Below the pieces are notes generated by a model, which saw nothing but the letters and a program-made list of their open reading frames with translations, had not been told where the DNA came from and did no database searches. Below are positions 1 to 10,550 of a stretch of 33,182 nucleotides of DNA, piece by piece. Both the position numbers and the translations under genes were made by a program. The stretch is from Candidatus Zixiibacteriota bacterium. Lineage in GTDB: Bacteria; Zixibacteria; MSB-5A5; GN15; JAAZOE01. How positions within the stretch are numbered: the first letter of the stretch is position 1; every line of letters starts with the position of its first letter. The stretch spans positions 1 through 33,182 of the forward strand of contig JBDREQ010000071.1 in the NCBI GenBank assembly GCA_043819555.1. The letters run 5' to 3'.

Positions 1-2
1 AC

Positions 3-254
3 CCTAATCCGTTCAATCCGGATACGCGAATCGAATATGCCCTACATAAGCCGTGTCACGTCAACATCAAGATTTACAATATCCTGGGACAAACAGTAAA
101 GATTCTCATAGATGAATACCAACAAGCAGGGGAAAAATCAATCATCTGGGATGGCACAAATTCTAAAGGCCACAATGTCGCCACTGGTGTCTATTTATAT
201 CGCCTTGAAGCCGGGGATTTCGTTAGATCGAAGAAGATGTTGCTGTTGAAATAG
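3..254 (+). CDS. 3' end of a secreted protein with FlgD-Ig/T9SS type A-like C-terminal sorting domain (5'-partial)
   Basis: Not in the ORF track. Frame from base 3 reads PNPFNPDTRIEYALHKPCHVNIKIYNILGQTVKIL...WDGTNSKGHNVATGVYLYRLEAGDFVRSKKMLLLK*, the typical PNPFN...IYNILGQ.V..L...WDG...GVYLYRL...KKMLLLK pattern. Confidence 0.9.
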   Translation, partial: PNPFNPDTRIEYALHKPCHVNIKIYNILGQTVKILIDEYQQAGEKSIIWDGTNSKGHNVATGVYLYRLEAGDFVRSKKMLLLK

Positions 255-283
255 AATGACCAACGGTTCGACAAACTGCTACG

Positions 284-311
284 AAAAGGGCCGGTTAGCC
301 TGGCCCTTTTT
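284..311. terminator. Bidirectional intrinsic terminator
   Basis: AAAAGGGCC-ggttagcct-GGCCCTTTTT between convergent genes. Confidence 0.85.
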
Positions 312-398
312 GTCGTAATTGGCTGAAATATTTTAGGTTATGTCGCTGGTTTGGTGGTCAACCAATTTGCGATATTGCTCAATGATTACTCTCTTCGG

Positions 399-728
399 TC
401 ACGCTGCAGTTCTAAAATAGTCTACTATTGCCAGAGCTTCGTCCATGGTAATGTCTTTGCGTCGCCGTTGTTCATCAGTCAAATTATCAAAGTCAGTATC
501 CGGATCCCATTTGGTTACATAAATAACATTGCTGCCGATTTTATCGATAGAAGATTCGGTATATTTTATAAACCCCTCCATAATGGTATTGACAATAATA
601 ACAGCTCCGATTCCAATCATGACTCCGAGAATGGTCATTCCTGAACGAAATTTGTTCGATCGCAGAGCATCAAATGCCAAATGAATGCCTTCCTGTACTT
701 CCGCTGGTAATTTCCAAATCTTACTCAT
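399..728 (-). pseudogene. Truncated MacB/FtsX-type ABC permease (N-terminal ~100 aa only)
   Basis: ALRSNKFRSGMTILGVMIGIGAVI parallels ALRANRLRSALTVLGMIMGVTSVI of the adjacent 408-aa permease, but the ORF stops at 109 aa with only ~90 bp before the terminator. Confidence 0.8.
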
Positions 729-1947
729 GGGTCAAAGCCTTTATTGGATCCAGCCGCGCCGCTTTTCGAGCCGGATATATTCCAAAAAATAGTCCCACTC
801 CGGTCGAAATGCCAAATCCCAAGACAATTGCCATAGTCGTTGGAGTAATAAATACATCCATCCAGTTGACCAGCATATATTGCCCCGTCTTAATTCCGAG
901 GAAGACGCCGATAAGTCCCCCGACCAGTGATAACATGACGGCCTCATAAAGGAATTGGATTAGAATATTATTTCGGCTGGCTCCCAGGGATTTCCGAATG
1001 CCAATCTCTCGCGTTCGCTCGGTCACCGAGACCATCATGATATTCATAATAACAATGCCGCCAATGACAATTGACAGGAGGGGCAGCGAGAGCATTATAA
1101 CTCGAGAAGCCCGGGTGATATCGTTGATGAAGGTCAATAAAGAAGTTGGCGAGTATATCTCAAAATCGTCAGCGTCGGCGAAGGGAACATGTCTGATGGC
1201 TCTAAGCGCCGACCGAACCTGTTCCATCGCCACATCTCGTTTCTCCAGCGTGGCGGCGCTTATCATCAGGCGTACCGGGTTACCCGGCTGTTTATATATT
1301 TTTTGATGGGTTGAAAGGGGAATAACGATTTCTTCATCCATACCCTGGACTATTTCCGAATCGAGTTTTTCCATCACGCCAATGACAAGAAATTCCTCAT
1401 TGCCGATTTTGAGCTTTTTCCCGATGGGATCGTTTTCTTCAAACAGCTTGGTGTATATCTTATATCCTATGACAGTAACGAGTCTTTTTCGATATTCATC
1501 TTCCCAGCTGATATAACGGCCTTTCAGGATATCATTGGAACGCATGGCCAGAACATTTGGAGTTTCGCCTCTGATTTCGAGCGATCTCATGGTCCGTGTT
1601 CCGTATTTGGCGTTTTGATAGGCAAAAGCTTCGGCTCCCACGTCATCGCAGTCCGGGCAAGATTCTTTAACCGGAACAATCAGACCCCGAGTGATTTTTT
1701 TTCGTTTGAGCATTTTTGCATAATCGGACCAGTTGTAATTAAAGCCGAATCGACTGACCACGAATGCTCGCGGGCCCATTGATTCGAAAGTATCCTCGAT
1801 TTGTGCCTGCCAGCCCTCCACCAAGGACACAACCGCGATTACCGAAGTCACTCCCATAATCATTCCCAGAACCGTCAATGCGGAGCGGAGACGATTGGCC
1901 CGCAATGCGGAAATGGCTTCTCCAATAATTGAAATTAAAACCCTCAT
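721..1947 (-). CDS. MacB-like ABC transporter permease (periplasmic core + FtsX domain)
   Basis: RSALTVLG TM1; GGIVIMNIMMVSVTERTREIGIRKSLGA; FFGIYPARKAARLDPIKAL. Confidence 0.93.
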   Translation of the reverse strand: MRVLISIIGEAISALRANRLRSALTVLGMIMGVTSVIAVVSLVEGWQAQIEDTFESMGPRAFVVSRFGFNYNWSDYAKMLKRKKITRGLIVPVKESCPDCDDVGAEAFAYQNAKYGTRTMRSLEIRGETPNVLAMRSNDILKGRYISWEDEYRKRLVTVIGYKIYTKLFEENDPIGKKLKIGNEEFLVIGVMEKLDSEIVQGMDEEIVIPLSTHQKIYKQPGNPVRLMISAATLEKRDVAMEQVRSALRAIRHVPFADADDFEIYSPTSLLTFINDITRASRVIMLSLPLLSIVIGGIVIMNIMMVSVTERTREIGIRKSLGASRNNILIQFLYEAVMLSLVGGLIGVFLGIKTGQYMLVNWMDVFITPTTMAIVLGFGISTGVGLFFGIYPARKAARLDPIKALTHE

Positions 1948-1962
1948 ATTGTCAGACTCTGC

Positions 1963-3297
1963 CTATAATTCACTTTCTTCTTTAATTCGCTCCAGCGAGG
2001 TTTCTTCGATTTTTACACTTTCCCCGTGCTTTAGTTTTCGGAGCGTTTGATACGAACCGGATACTATGGTATCTCCGGGAGTGACGCCGGATAATATGGC
2101 GATATGGCGGTCATCGGCAATCCCAGTCGCAGTTTCAACAAATTTGGTCAGGCCATTATTAATAATAAAAACGCCGGAACAGGTTATTTTATTTTTTCTC
2201 CCAATATCCGGTATGTAATTGGAGGGTTTTTCATCCAGTTTACTGGTCTGACGTCCCTCTGTATTTACTGAATCACGGTTGACTTCGAGAATCAGCCTAA
2301 GCGTATCAGGGTGAAATTCTCGCGTCACCACTGCAGCATATGGGATCAAAACAGCTTCGGATGCAAAATCGGTAGCAATGTCGACTGTGGCCGACATTCC
2401 TGGTTTGATATTTTCGATTGTATCATCAAAACGGACAATAACCTGAAAATTGGTAGAATAATCCTCGGTTCCTTCGCCGATTATCATCGCGCTATTGCCG
2501 ATCTCGACTACCGAACCCGCAAATGAGGTATCCCGAAAGGCGTCAATTCGTATTTCAGTTTTCTGTCCGACAGAAATTTTCCTGACCTCTGTTTCATCAA
2601 CGTTAACGTCCACTTCAAAAACTGATAAATCGGATATTGTCATTAGTCTCTTTCCTTGAGTATAAGATGTCTGGGCCTGTGCGATTTCTCCTTTTTCGGC
2701 GTTCAAATAGGTGACGACTCCTGACATTGGAGACATAATTACGGTATTGGCCAGATTATCCGCTTCTTTTTCAACTCTGGACCGGGCAATTCTTACCTGA
2801 GCCTGCATTGCATCATAATTTGCTTTTGAGTTTTCATATGCGAATGTTGCTTCGGAATAATCAGTTTCGGAGATTAGCTGCCGATTGAAAAGGCTGGACT
2901 GGCGTTCATAATTATTTTTATTTTTTTCATACAGAGCGCGAGCGGCCTCGGTACGGGCGGCCATTTCGTCATATGCGTATTGAGCCTGCATCAAATTGGC
3001 TCTTAATTGAATAGTGTCCAGCAAAATTAATCGGTCGCCTTTTGAAACCTGATCACCTTCATCGACAAAAAGATTGATGATCTCGGCTGACACTTCTGCC
3101 GTAATTTCAACTTTTGTCTGGGGTTGAATTCTGCCGGTCGCCGTCACAATTTCTGAAATATCATCAACATAGGCCAGGTTGGCCTGAACCAGAGTGCCCT
3201 CTTCGCCATTTGTCGTCGACCCGATAATTACTCCTATCACGACAATCAAAAGAGTGGCTAAGTATAAGTATCTTTTTGTTTTTTTTCGCATCGACAT
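1963..3297 (-). CDS. Efflux periplasmic adaptor / membrane fusion protein (MacA/HlyD family)
   Basis: N-terminal TM anchor; ATGRIQP; VDEGDQVSKGD lipoyl half; helical hairpin; SPMSGVV; KPGMSATVDI; RBS GAAGG upstream. Confidence 0.92.
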   Translation of the reverse strand: MSMRKKTKRYLYLATLLIVVIGVIIGSTTNGEEGTLVQANLAYVDDISEIVTATGRIQPQTKVEITAEVSAEIINLFVDEGDQVSKGDRLILLDTIQLRANLMQAQYAYDEMAARTEAARALYEKNKNNYERQSSLFNRQLISETDYSEATFAYENSKANYDAMQAQVRIARSRVEKEADNLANTVIMSPMSGVVTYLNAEKGEIAQAQTSYTQGKRLMTISDLSVFEVDVNVDETEVRKISVGQKTEIRIDAFRDTSFAGSVVEIGNSAMIIGEGTEDYSTNFQVIVRFDDTIENIKPGMSATVDIATDFASEAVLIPYAAVVTREFHPDTLRLILEVNRDSVNTEGRQTSKLDEKPSNYIPDIGRKNKITCSGVFIINNGLTKFVETATGIADDRHIAILSGVTPGDTIVSGSYQTLRKLKHGESVKIEETSLERIKEESEL

Positions 3298-4108
3298 AAC
3301 TATACCTTCAATCCTAAAATGTCTAATACCGCCAAACCGGCATTAATTTTTTATTGAGAAAGGCCTGACATCCGAAATTCATTTATATTAGACCGACATC
3401 GGCAGAAATTGTTGCAGCAATGTAAAAATCGTTTGATTGATTTTCCTGGTGGCTCCAACAACGCCATAAATTGGGCTAACAGTGTAAAATTATATGCGTA
3501 TAAAATATGGATATTGAACAGTTGTTTACTGCCTGCCTCCGCCGCCCAGTGCCTTTCATACTGATCCGTTATGCGGCGTATTAAGATTAAAAGCCGGGTT
3601 TTAATGCCTGAAAACAAAGGAAATGATGATACTGATTAATCATCTTCATATAGACGGAAAAGGATGAGTGATTCCAGTGTTCAATTCAAAGAAGAATCGG
3701 GCCGTTCATAACGTTGTCTACTTTTCACAAGATGAAGGCTGACGAATTCTATTTGGCATTTCTAAATTGAATTCGCTGCATTTTTAATGTTTGGAATGCG
3801 GTAAAGACTGAAGCAATTAGATTGGCGCTCAGTGCAGAAAGTTAAATAAATTATCAGTGTTAAAGTTTATTGTTTTTTGTTGACACTCTTACACTTAATT
3901 GCCAATTTTCTGATTGGGTAGATGTATGAAAAAAAGACATGGAAGGTCCTCTATCATGGATGAGAATTACATAATGTTTTTTATAAGCAAATATTGCCAA
4001 AAAACGCAAAGGATTGAAGGGAGGGATGTATCGAAAAATTAATGTTAAAGAACTTTCTTGGCAAAGTACTCATAATCTATACCAATGACAAAGGAGGAGT
4101 TTAAAAGC

Positions 4109-7100
4109 ATGAAGCCAAAAGTTTTTATCGTAGTGTGTTTTGTAGCATGCTTAATGGCGGCTCCGATTTGGGCGGGTGTCACCGGTGCCATAACCGGCAC
4201 AGTTGTTGACTCCCAAACCAAAGAGCCGTTGCCAGGTGTTTCGGTAAGTATTGCCGGAACGACCATGGGGGCAAAATCCGATTTGGAAGGGCGTTTCATT
4301 GTTTTGAATGTCCCCGTCGGATCATACACACTTGTATTTAGTTCCGTTGGATATTCCCGAGTGGAAGTTTCCGACGTAAGAGTTTCGGCCGACTTGGCGA
4401 CTTTCCAGAATCGGGAGATGAACCAGGAAACTGCGGAAACCGGACGAGTGATTACCGTTACCGCGGAACGTCCTATGGTTATCAAGGACAGAACAACAAC
4501 GGTTAGTATCGTTGGCCGGGAAGAACTGCTTGCCATGCCGACCCGCGGATTTGATCAAATAGTCGGTCTGCAAAACAGTGTCGTCCGGATGAATTCAAAC
4601 GTTGATACACGCCAAAGAGGTGCTCGAGAGGCGTCATCGGGAACAGCTCCGGAGATAAACCTCCGCGGTGGCCGCCGCTCTGAAGTTGCTTATTATGTTG
4701 ATGGCTTTTCGCAGCAGGATCCGTTATCGGGTATCTCAACCGCGAATATCAATAATAATGCGATTAAGGAGGTTTCGGTAACTTCCGGCGCCTTTTCAGC
4801 CGAGTATGGCCATGTTGCTTCAGGTATCGTTAACGTCACCACAAATTCAGGTACCGAAGAATATCACGGAACTATCGAATTGGTCAGTGATAATATTGCT
4901 ACCCCATTCGGTTACGACAGCTATGACCAAAACTGGTATTCCGGAGATATTGGCGGTCCGATACCGGGATTAGAAAGAGCTTATTTCTTCTTTTCCGGCG
5001 AACGCCGCTTTTTACGCGATCGCGCCCCATCTATAAATACGGGGACGATATTTGAAGAATTCGGGCTTAGTAAATTGTATAATGAGCCGCAAAGGTTGCC
5101 CAGTAATTATCTTAGTGGTTGGTCCTACCAAGGTAAAATCGACATTGATGTAACTTCTAACCTAAAACTGACCTTAAATGGAAACGGCTCGATTGACAAA
5201 TGGCAAGAATATCGCCACAACTATAACAATCCCGATTTTCCGCAGCAGGTTCGGCATTCACCTCAATACGATGATCGGAACCAGGGATTAAATGCGAAAA
5301 TAACGCATACACTGAGTCCGCAGACGTTTTATAATCTGAGTGCATCATACTTCCGTACTGAACGGTATCGGATGGATGGCATTTTGTTTGATGATTATGC
5401 CGGCTATTTTCAAACCATTGATATATCGTTGTTAGACCACCTGGGCGATACTACGGTGACTTTTTCCGACTTGGAAATACCACATCCGGAATGGGATTTT
5501 TATAATCTTTTCCGTGAACCGGATTCCATCTATTACAGCGATTTGGTTAATTTTGATGGCGATACATTGTACCAGATCGATGATTCTCTGGATGCATTAA
5601 TAGGCGTGGTTGAAGGCCGATGGTTTAATCACCTGAAAAGAAAAGCCACTTATTGGCAGGCCAAAGGTGATATTACTCACCAGGCAGGATCATACCATAC
5701 CTTGAAATTTGGATTTGATTTCCAACGTCATACGCTGCGTTATTTTGAGAATTTAAACGCGAATCAAAGCCAGGATACGGCCGACGTCGAATCCCGGTTA
5801 AATCGTTACGGCTATGACATTAATGGTGTCGAGACGGATGCTGAAGACTTTAAGAACAGTACCAAGAATCCTATTAATATCGGCATCTATTTGCAGGATC
5901 GTTTTGATTGGCGGGGTTTTATTGTAAACGCCGGCGTCAGGTTTGACTATTTTGATTATAAAGCCTTACGCATTAAGGAAGTGACATCTCCATTCGATTA
6001 TACCGGTGGAACCGACCAGGAACTTGATCGGGAAGATCTTGAGAATTCTGAAAAGTTCACTCGAGTTTCTCCTCGACTTGGTATTTCATTTCCGGTCTCG
6101 GATAAAACTCAACTCTATATGAACTATGGCCAATTCTACCAGCGTCCCGATCTTTTAAGACTGTACCTTAGTTATGATTTTCTTGAATCGCGCATCGTCA
6201 GGGCTGGATCATTTTATCCTTTCCCAAGTCCGAATTTGAAGCCTGAAAAAACAATTGCTTATGAGTTTGGATTGACGAATCAACTGAGTGACAACGTCGT
6301 GTTCTCAGTCGCCGGCTATTATAAAGATGTTTCCGATTTGACGCAGGTATTCAAACAAAGTCCGGCCATACCCAGGTCTTACGATTTTTATGGTAACACC
6401 GACTATGGAACGATTAAGGGGTTTGATTTCGCATTGATGATGAGACGGACACAGAATATTAGCCTTAATTTGAAATATACTCTCAGTTATGCCACGGGCA
6501 CCGGTTCATTCGCAAACTCCACGAGCAATATTGCTTGGAAAAAAGACAAAGACTCATTCCCCAAGATGACTGCGCCTCTTGATTATGATCAAAGACACAG
6601 CATCATCGGAATCTTTGATTATCGTAATTCCAAGGGTGAAGGTCCTAAGTTGGGCGATACATACATCCTCGAAAACTTCGGAGTCAATGCAATAATCCAG
6701 GCTGCCAGTGGAACACCATATACGCCAATGGAAGTTTATGATCCGGTGACGAGCATCTCTGTTGATCAAAATCCAACAGGTTCGGCCAATTCGGCTAACC
6801 TTCCCTGGACCTATGTGATCGATATGAAAGCCGAGAAATCATTTATTTTTGGCGAATATCGTTTGGTGCCGTTTATCTGGGTAAAGAACCTTCTGAACAC
6901 TGAAAATATAACTAATATTTACGAAGGTACCGGCGAAGCAAACGTTACGGGATATCTGGAATCACCTGAAGGCATGGGGAAAGCCAGCAATGAAACCGTA
7001 ATTGATGAGGATACCGGCTTGACCCGAGGTGAGCAATATGCCCATCGGCATAATTTATTGCAAAATAATCCGAAAAACTATTCCAACCCTCGGATGATTA

Positions 7101-7126
7101 TGGTTGGATTGAGGATGTCATTCTAA
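4109..7126 (+). CDS. TonB-dependent receptor with N-terminal carboxypeptidase-regulatory-like domain
   Basis: ATG at 4109 after AGGAGG; signal peptide; GAITGTVVDSQTKEPLPGVSV; plug motifs RGGR.SEVAYYVDG and GAFSAEYGHVASGIVNVTT; PNLKPEKT; C-terminal PRMIMVGLRMSF ending in Phe. Confidence 0.93.
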   Translation: MKPKVFIVVCFVACLMAAPIWAGVTGAITGTVVDSQTKEPLPGVSVSIAGTTMGAKSDLEGRFIVLNVPVGSYTLVFSSVGYSRVEVSDVRVSADLATFQNREMNQETAETGRVITVTAERPMVIKDRTTTVSIVGREELLAMPTRGFDQIVGLQNSVVRMNSNVDTRQRGAREASSGTAPEINLRGGRRSEVAYYVDGFSQQDPLSGISTANINNNAIKEVSVTSGAFSAEYGHVASGIVNVTTNSGTEEYHGTIELVSDNIATPFGYDSYDQNWYSGDIGGPIPGLERAYFFFSGERRFLRDRAPSINTGTIFEEFGLSKLYNEPQRLPSNYLSGWSYQGKIDIDVTSNLKLTLNGNGSIDKWQEYRHNYNNPDFPQQVRHSPQYDDRNQGLNAKITHTLSPQTFYNLSASYFRTERYRMDGILFDDYAGYFQTIDISLLDHLGDTTVTFSDLEIPHPEWDFYNLFREPDSIYYSDLVNFDGDTLYQIDDSLDALIGVVEGRWFNHLKRKATYWQAKGDITHQAGSYHTLKFGFDFQRHTLRYFENLNANQSQDTADVESRLNRYGYDINGVETDAEDFKNSTKNPINIGIYLQDRFDWRGFIVNAGVRFDYFDYKALRIKEVTSPFDYTGGTDQELDREDLENSEKFTRVSPRLGISFPVSDKTQLYMNYGQFYQRPDLLRLYLSYDFLESRIVRAGSFYPFPSPNLKPEKTIAYEFGLTNQLSDNVVFSVAGYYKDVSDLTQVFKQSPAIPRSYDFYGNTDYGTIKGFDFALMMRRTQNISLNLKYTLSYATGTGSFANSTSNIAWKKDKDSFPKMTAPLDYDQRHSIIGIFDYRNSKGEGPKLGDTYILENFGVNAIIQAASGTPYTPMEVYDPVTSISVDQNPTGSANSANLPWTYVIDMKAEKSFIFGEYRLVPFIWVKNLLNTENITNIYEGTGEANVTGYLESPEGMGKASNETVIDEDTGLTRGEQYAHRHNLLQNNPKNYSNPRMIMVGLRMSF

Positions 7127-7145
7127 GAAAGATGAGGACACTACA

Positions 7146-10100
7146 ATGAAAATAAGATTTTTCATATGCTTTCTGCTGGTATTTCTTTTTGCTGTCCCGT
7201 TACAGGCGGCTCCTCCAAAAGGATATATCGGCGATAAAGCGCTCATTGTTGATAATACTACCTGGATCGACGCCAATCGAATACTAATGTTTGTTACCAA
7301 TCAATGTAACTTTGGGCGTGATTTAGGTGGTTATTTCGGCTATGACTACGGAACTTTTTATCCGTATATAGGCGATCCTGATTTAATCAGCGACGGCGTC
7401 GCTCAGGCGGTTGCGTCGCCATATTATGCTGGGGGTCTCTGGGTCGCTGGATTAGTTAACGGAGTGGTTCATGCCGCGGTATCGGAGTATTCGAGTGAAT
7501 ATGTCCCGGGACCGATGGCAGACAACACCTTTTCTAAGGACAAATCCTATTATCGGGTATTTAAGATATATCGAGATTCTATGGCTACCAATCCAAACGA
7601 GGATTATCTTGATTATGTTGAGTATGCCATTCCCGATGGCGCCCCTTATCAAAAGGATAGTCTGGGTGATCCGGTTCTTGACGGTGATGGCAATTATATC
7701 CCCGAATTGTTTGGTGACCAGATGTGCTGGTCAATTTGCAATGATGCCGACCCGGCGCAACACTCAGGTATCCAGGGCGGTGAGACCGAACCACTCGGTA
7801 TTCAAGTAAAACAGACGATTTTTGCATTTACTCGAGAAGGAACTTTAGGAGATATGGTTTTCCTGCGCCTTCGAATCTATAATAAAGGCGTAAATACAAT
7901 TAATAACTGCTATTTCTCGATTTGGTCCGATCCTGATATTGGCGGTTCAGCAGACGATTTGGTCGGGTGTGATACGCTCCTGGGCCTGGGATATTGTTAC
8001 CAGAGTCCCGGCGAAGCAGATTCCCGGTACGATGGATCATCAGCCCCCTGGCCGCCTGTAGTCGGAATTGACTTTTTCCAGGGTCCATTCCGGGCGGCAA
8101 CGGCCGAAGATATTGCTAACGCGGATCCCGCTGATACTACCGACGATGGTGAATTGATTCTGGGCAGAATGTGGGGGAAAACATATTCCGACTCCGTAAA
8201 TATCGGAATGGTATCATTCAATAAGTATATTAACGGCACCGACCCGGATAACGTTACCGAAACTTACCGTTATATGCGGGGCTTGAATAAAGATGGCACG
8301 CCTTATGTTTATAATGGGGGTACATTGCTCTACCAGGTATCGGGTGATCCGGTAAATGATCCTCAGGGCTTGGTTTCAGATGTGGATAACGCTTCGGCCG
8401 ACAGGCGCATGATGCAAACAACCGGTCCGGTTACATTTGTGCCGGGCGACTCAACCGAAATTTTGGCCGCTATGATTTTTGCCCGAGGCTCAGAGGATGT
8501 GAAACAGGCGATTACATTAGTTAAGGACCTTGATGCCTTTGCCCAGCAGCTATATGATGACGGGTTTAATCCTCCGCGTCCTCCAACGCCGCCAAATATC
8601 GATGTTCGTGTTCTTAAAGACCGTATTACACTGCTTTGGGATGATACATCACAGGTCAATCCTGGTGACTTTGAGTTTGAAGGTTATTCAGTATGGCAAA
8701 CTGCGGATCCCTCTTCCGGGAACTGGAAACTGTTGAAAACATGGGATATTATAAATGACCGCAATGTTGCACTTGTAGATTCCGTGCCCAATACGATTTT
8801 GAATGCTATTTTGCCGGTTATCAAGAGGCAAATTTCAAATAGCGGTTTGAATTATAGCTATACCACGAATATTAACCAGATTACCGGAGAAGCTATTCAC
8901 GCCCTTACTGAATATTATTTCCGGGTTACGGCTTTCTCATTTGCTTATGAATATGAGCGAGCTGGTGAGATAATTGTGGTTAACAATGGTGACCGGTTCC
9001 TGGAAAGTCAAACCTTTGTGAGTGTAATACCACAAGCAATTCCAACTGGAACACATATTACATATGACGCTAAGGATACGCTTATTGTCGAGCATACTGC
9101 CGGTATTTCAATGGGATCTGTTTCGGTAGAAGTTGTCGATCCCCTGGCGCTCACCGGGCATACCTACCAGGTCCTATTCAAGGATACGATAATGGAGGTC
9201 AATGGCATTCCTGCCACGACCGTATGGCATCTTTACGATGTCACCGCCGATACTTTCCTCCTGGAAAATCAGGTAAACCAGGGCCTTGCCGAAGATGAAT
9301 TCTGGGTAGTTGATGGAATTAAGGTAATGGTCAATGGCCCGCCCGTTGAAATTACTAACTTCCAAATGGTTGCTAATGGCGCTGGGGTGATTGATCCACC
9401 GGAAGCGGCAGCTGCCGACTTTGGTGGTTTTCCAACAGGTGTGGATGCCGATGGAGTTCCATTACGTCCTGGTGATGGCCAGCAGGTTGGCGAAGGTCAT
9501 TGGTTCTTCCATACCGCTGATAACGGCGGAACAAGTGGCGGCGGGACGCGAGGCAGTTTCGATGCCTTTATGTCTCGTGCAACGCGCGATGGAGGTAACC
9601 TGGCTTACATTGGCTTTACCGATTATGAAATGCGTTTTACCGGTGATAATGGCACTCCCGGTGTGGGGGGCTCATACGCCATTGAAGCCTTCAATGATGA
9701 TAACGTATTCTGGGTGCCTTTTGAATTATGGCGTACCGGAATCGGAACTCCGGATGATCCCAGCGATGATGTCAGGCTGATTCCGCTTATCATCGATGAT
9801 GCCAATGTCGATTATTCGGGAGATGACATTTATGCCCTTGAAAGCTGGGGAGCAGACGGTACCACCTGTAGCGGAGATTGTGAACATTCGGTGTCAGGCG
9901 GCAATGATGATCCGTTCACCGACTGGGTTTATTGGTATACGCCTGCTGACATGAGTCCTGGGGAAGCCGGTTATATGGCTCATGAAACTCTATTGCTGGA
10001 CGCTGATCCAGGCAATGATTATGATGTTGTAATGGATGAAGTTTTTGCTCGGACAGTTCTGGTTAACTGGAACGGTGGAGAAGAACCGCCCTTTAACCAG

Positions 10101-10532
10101 GATGTTCCTGAGCAGGGTTCTGTTATACGCATTGTAACTTCGAAAGGTCACAGCCCCAGTGATATCTGGGAGTTTTCAACTGAGGCTCCAACTTTAACTT
10201 CGACAGAAGGTGATCTTGATGAGATTACGCCCGTTCCAAATCCGTTTTATCTCTTTGGCGGTTATGATCCATCGCCGGGCAGTAAGCGGATTGCGTTCCA
10301 TAATCTGCCTGATGTCTGCACGATTAAGATTTTCAATCTTGCGGGCGATTTGGTAAGAACGCTTGATAAGGAAGCGGACGGTACCAACTATACTTATTGG
10401 AATTTGCTTACGGATAATAGGCTACCGATTGCCTCCGGCATTTATATTTATGTTGTGGAAGCCAAAGAATTTGGTACTAAGATCGGTAAGATGGCTGTCT
10501 TTGTTGAAGCAGAAGTACTAACTATATATTAA
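7146..10532 (+). CDS. Large acidic secreted/surface protein with FN3-like segment and T9SS/FlgD-like C-terminal domain
   Basis: Signal peptide; PPRPPTPP linker then ITLLWDD...DFEFEGYSVW...EYYFRVTAF (FN3-like); C-terminus VPNPF...FHNLPDVCTIKIFNLAGDLVRTL...WNLLTDNRLPIASGIYIYVV...GKMAVF. Confidence 0.82.
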   Translation: MKIRFFICFLLVFLFAVPLQAAPPKGYIGDKALIVDNTTWIDANRILMFVTNQCNFGRDLGGYFGYDYGTFYPYIGDPDLISDGVAQAVASPYYAGGLWVAGLVNGVVHAAVSEYSSEYVPGPMADNTFSKDKSYYRVFKIYRDSMATNPNEDYLDYVEYAIPDGAPYQKDSLGDPVLDGDGNYIPELFGDQMCWSICNDADPAQHSGIQGGETEPLGIQVKQTIFAFTREGTLGDMVFLRLRIYNKGVNTINNCYFSIWSDPDIGGSADDLVGCDTLLGLGYCYQSPGEADSRYDGSSAPWPPVVGIDFFQGPFRAATAEDIANADPADTTDDGELILGRMWGKTYSDSVNIGMVSFNKYINGTDPDNVTETYRYMRGLNKDGTPYVYNGGTLLYQVSGDPVNDPQGLVSDVDNASADRRMMQTTGPVTFVPGDSTEILAAMIFARGSEDVKQAITLVKDLDAFAQQLYDDGFNPPRPPTPPNIDVRVLKDRITLLWDDTSQVNPGDFEFEGYSVWQTADPSSGNWKLLKTWDIINDRNVALVDSVPNTILNAILPVIKRQISNSGLNYSYTTNINQITGEAIHALTEYYFRVTAFSFAYEYERAGEIIVVNNGDRFLESQTFVSVIPQAIPTGTHITYDAKDTLIVEHTAGISMGSVSVEVVDPLALTGHTYQVLFKDTIMEVNGIPATTVWHLYDVTADTFLLENQVNQGLAEDEFWVVDGIKVMVNGPPVEITNFQMVANGAGVIDPPEAAAADFGGFPTGVDADGVPLRPGDGQQVGEGHWFFHTADNGGTSGGGTRGSFDAFMSRATRDGGNLAYIGFTDYEMRFTGDNGTPGVGGSYAIEAFNDDNVFWVPFELWRTGIGTPDDPSDDVRLIPLIIDDANVDYSGDDIYALESWGADGTTCSGDCEHSVSGGNDDPFTDWVYWYTPADMSPGEAGYMAHETLLLDADPGNDYDVVMDEVFARTVLVNWNGGEEPPFNQDVPEQGSVIRIVTSKGHSPSDIWEFSTEAPTLTSTEGDLDEITPVPNPFYLFGGYDPSPGSKRIAFHNLPDVCTIKIFNLAGDLVRTLDKEADGTNYTYWNLLTDNRLPIASGIYIYVVEAKEFGTKIGKMAVFVEAEVLTIY

Positions 10533-10550
10533 ACAAGGAGATTGTAGCAA

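Noticed and set aside
3351..3617. 88-aa minus-strand ORF in the long intergenic region
   Set aside because: TTG start, no RBS and no recognisable motif.
3900..4108. Cobalamin or TPP riboswitch ahead of the TonB-dependent receptor
   Set aside because: No B12-box or TPP core motifs are visible.
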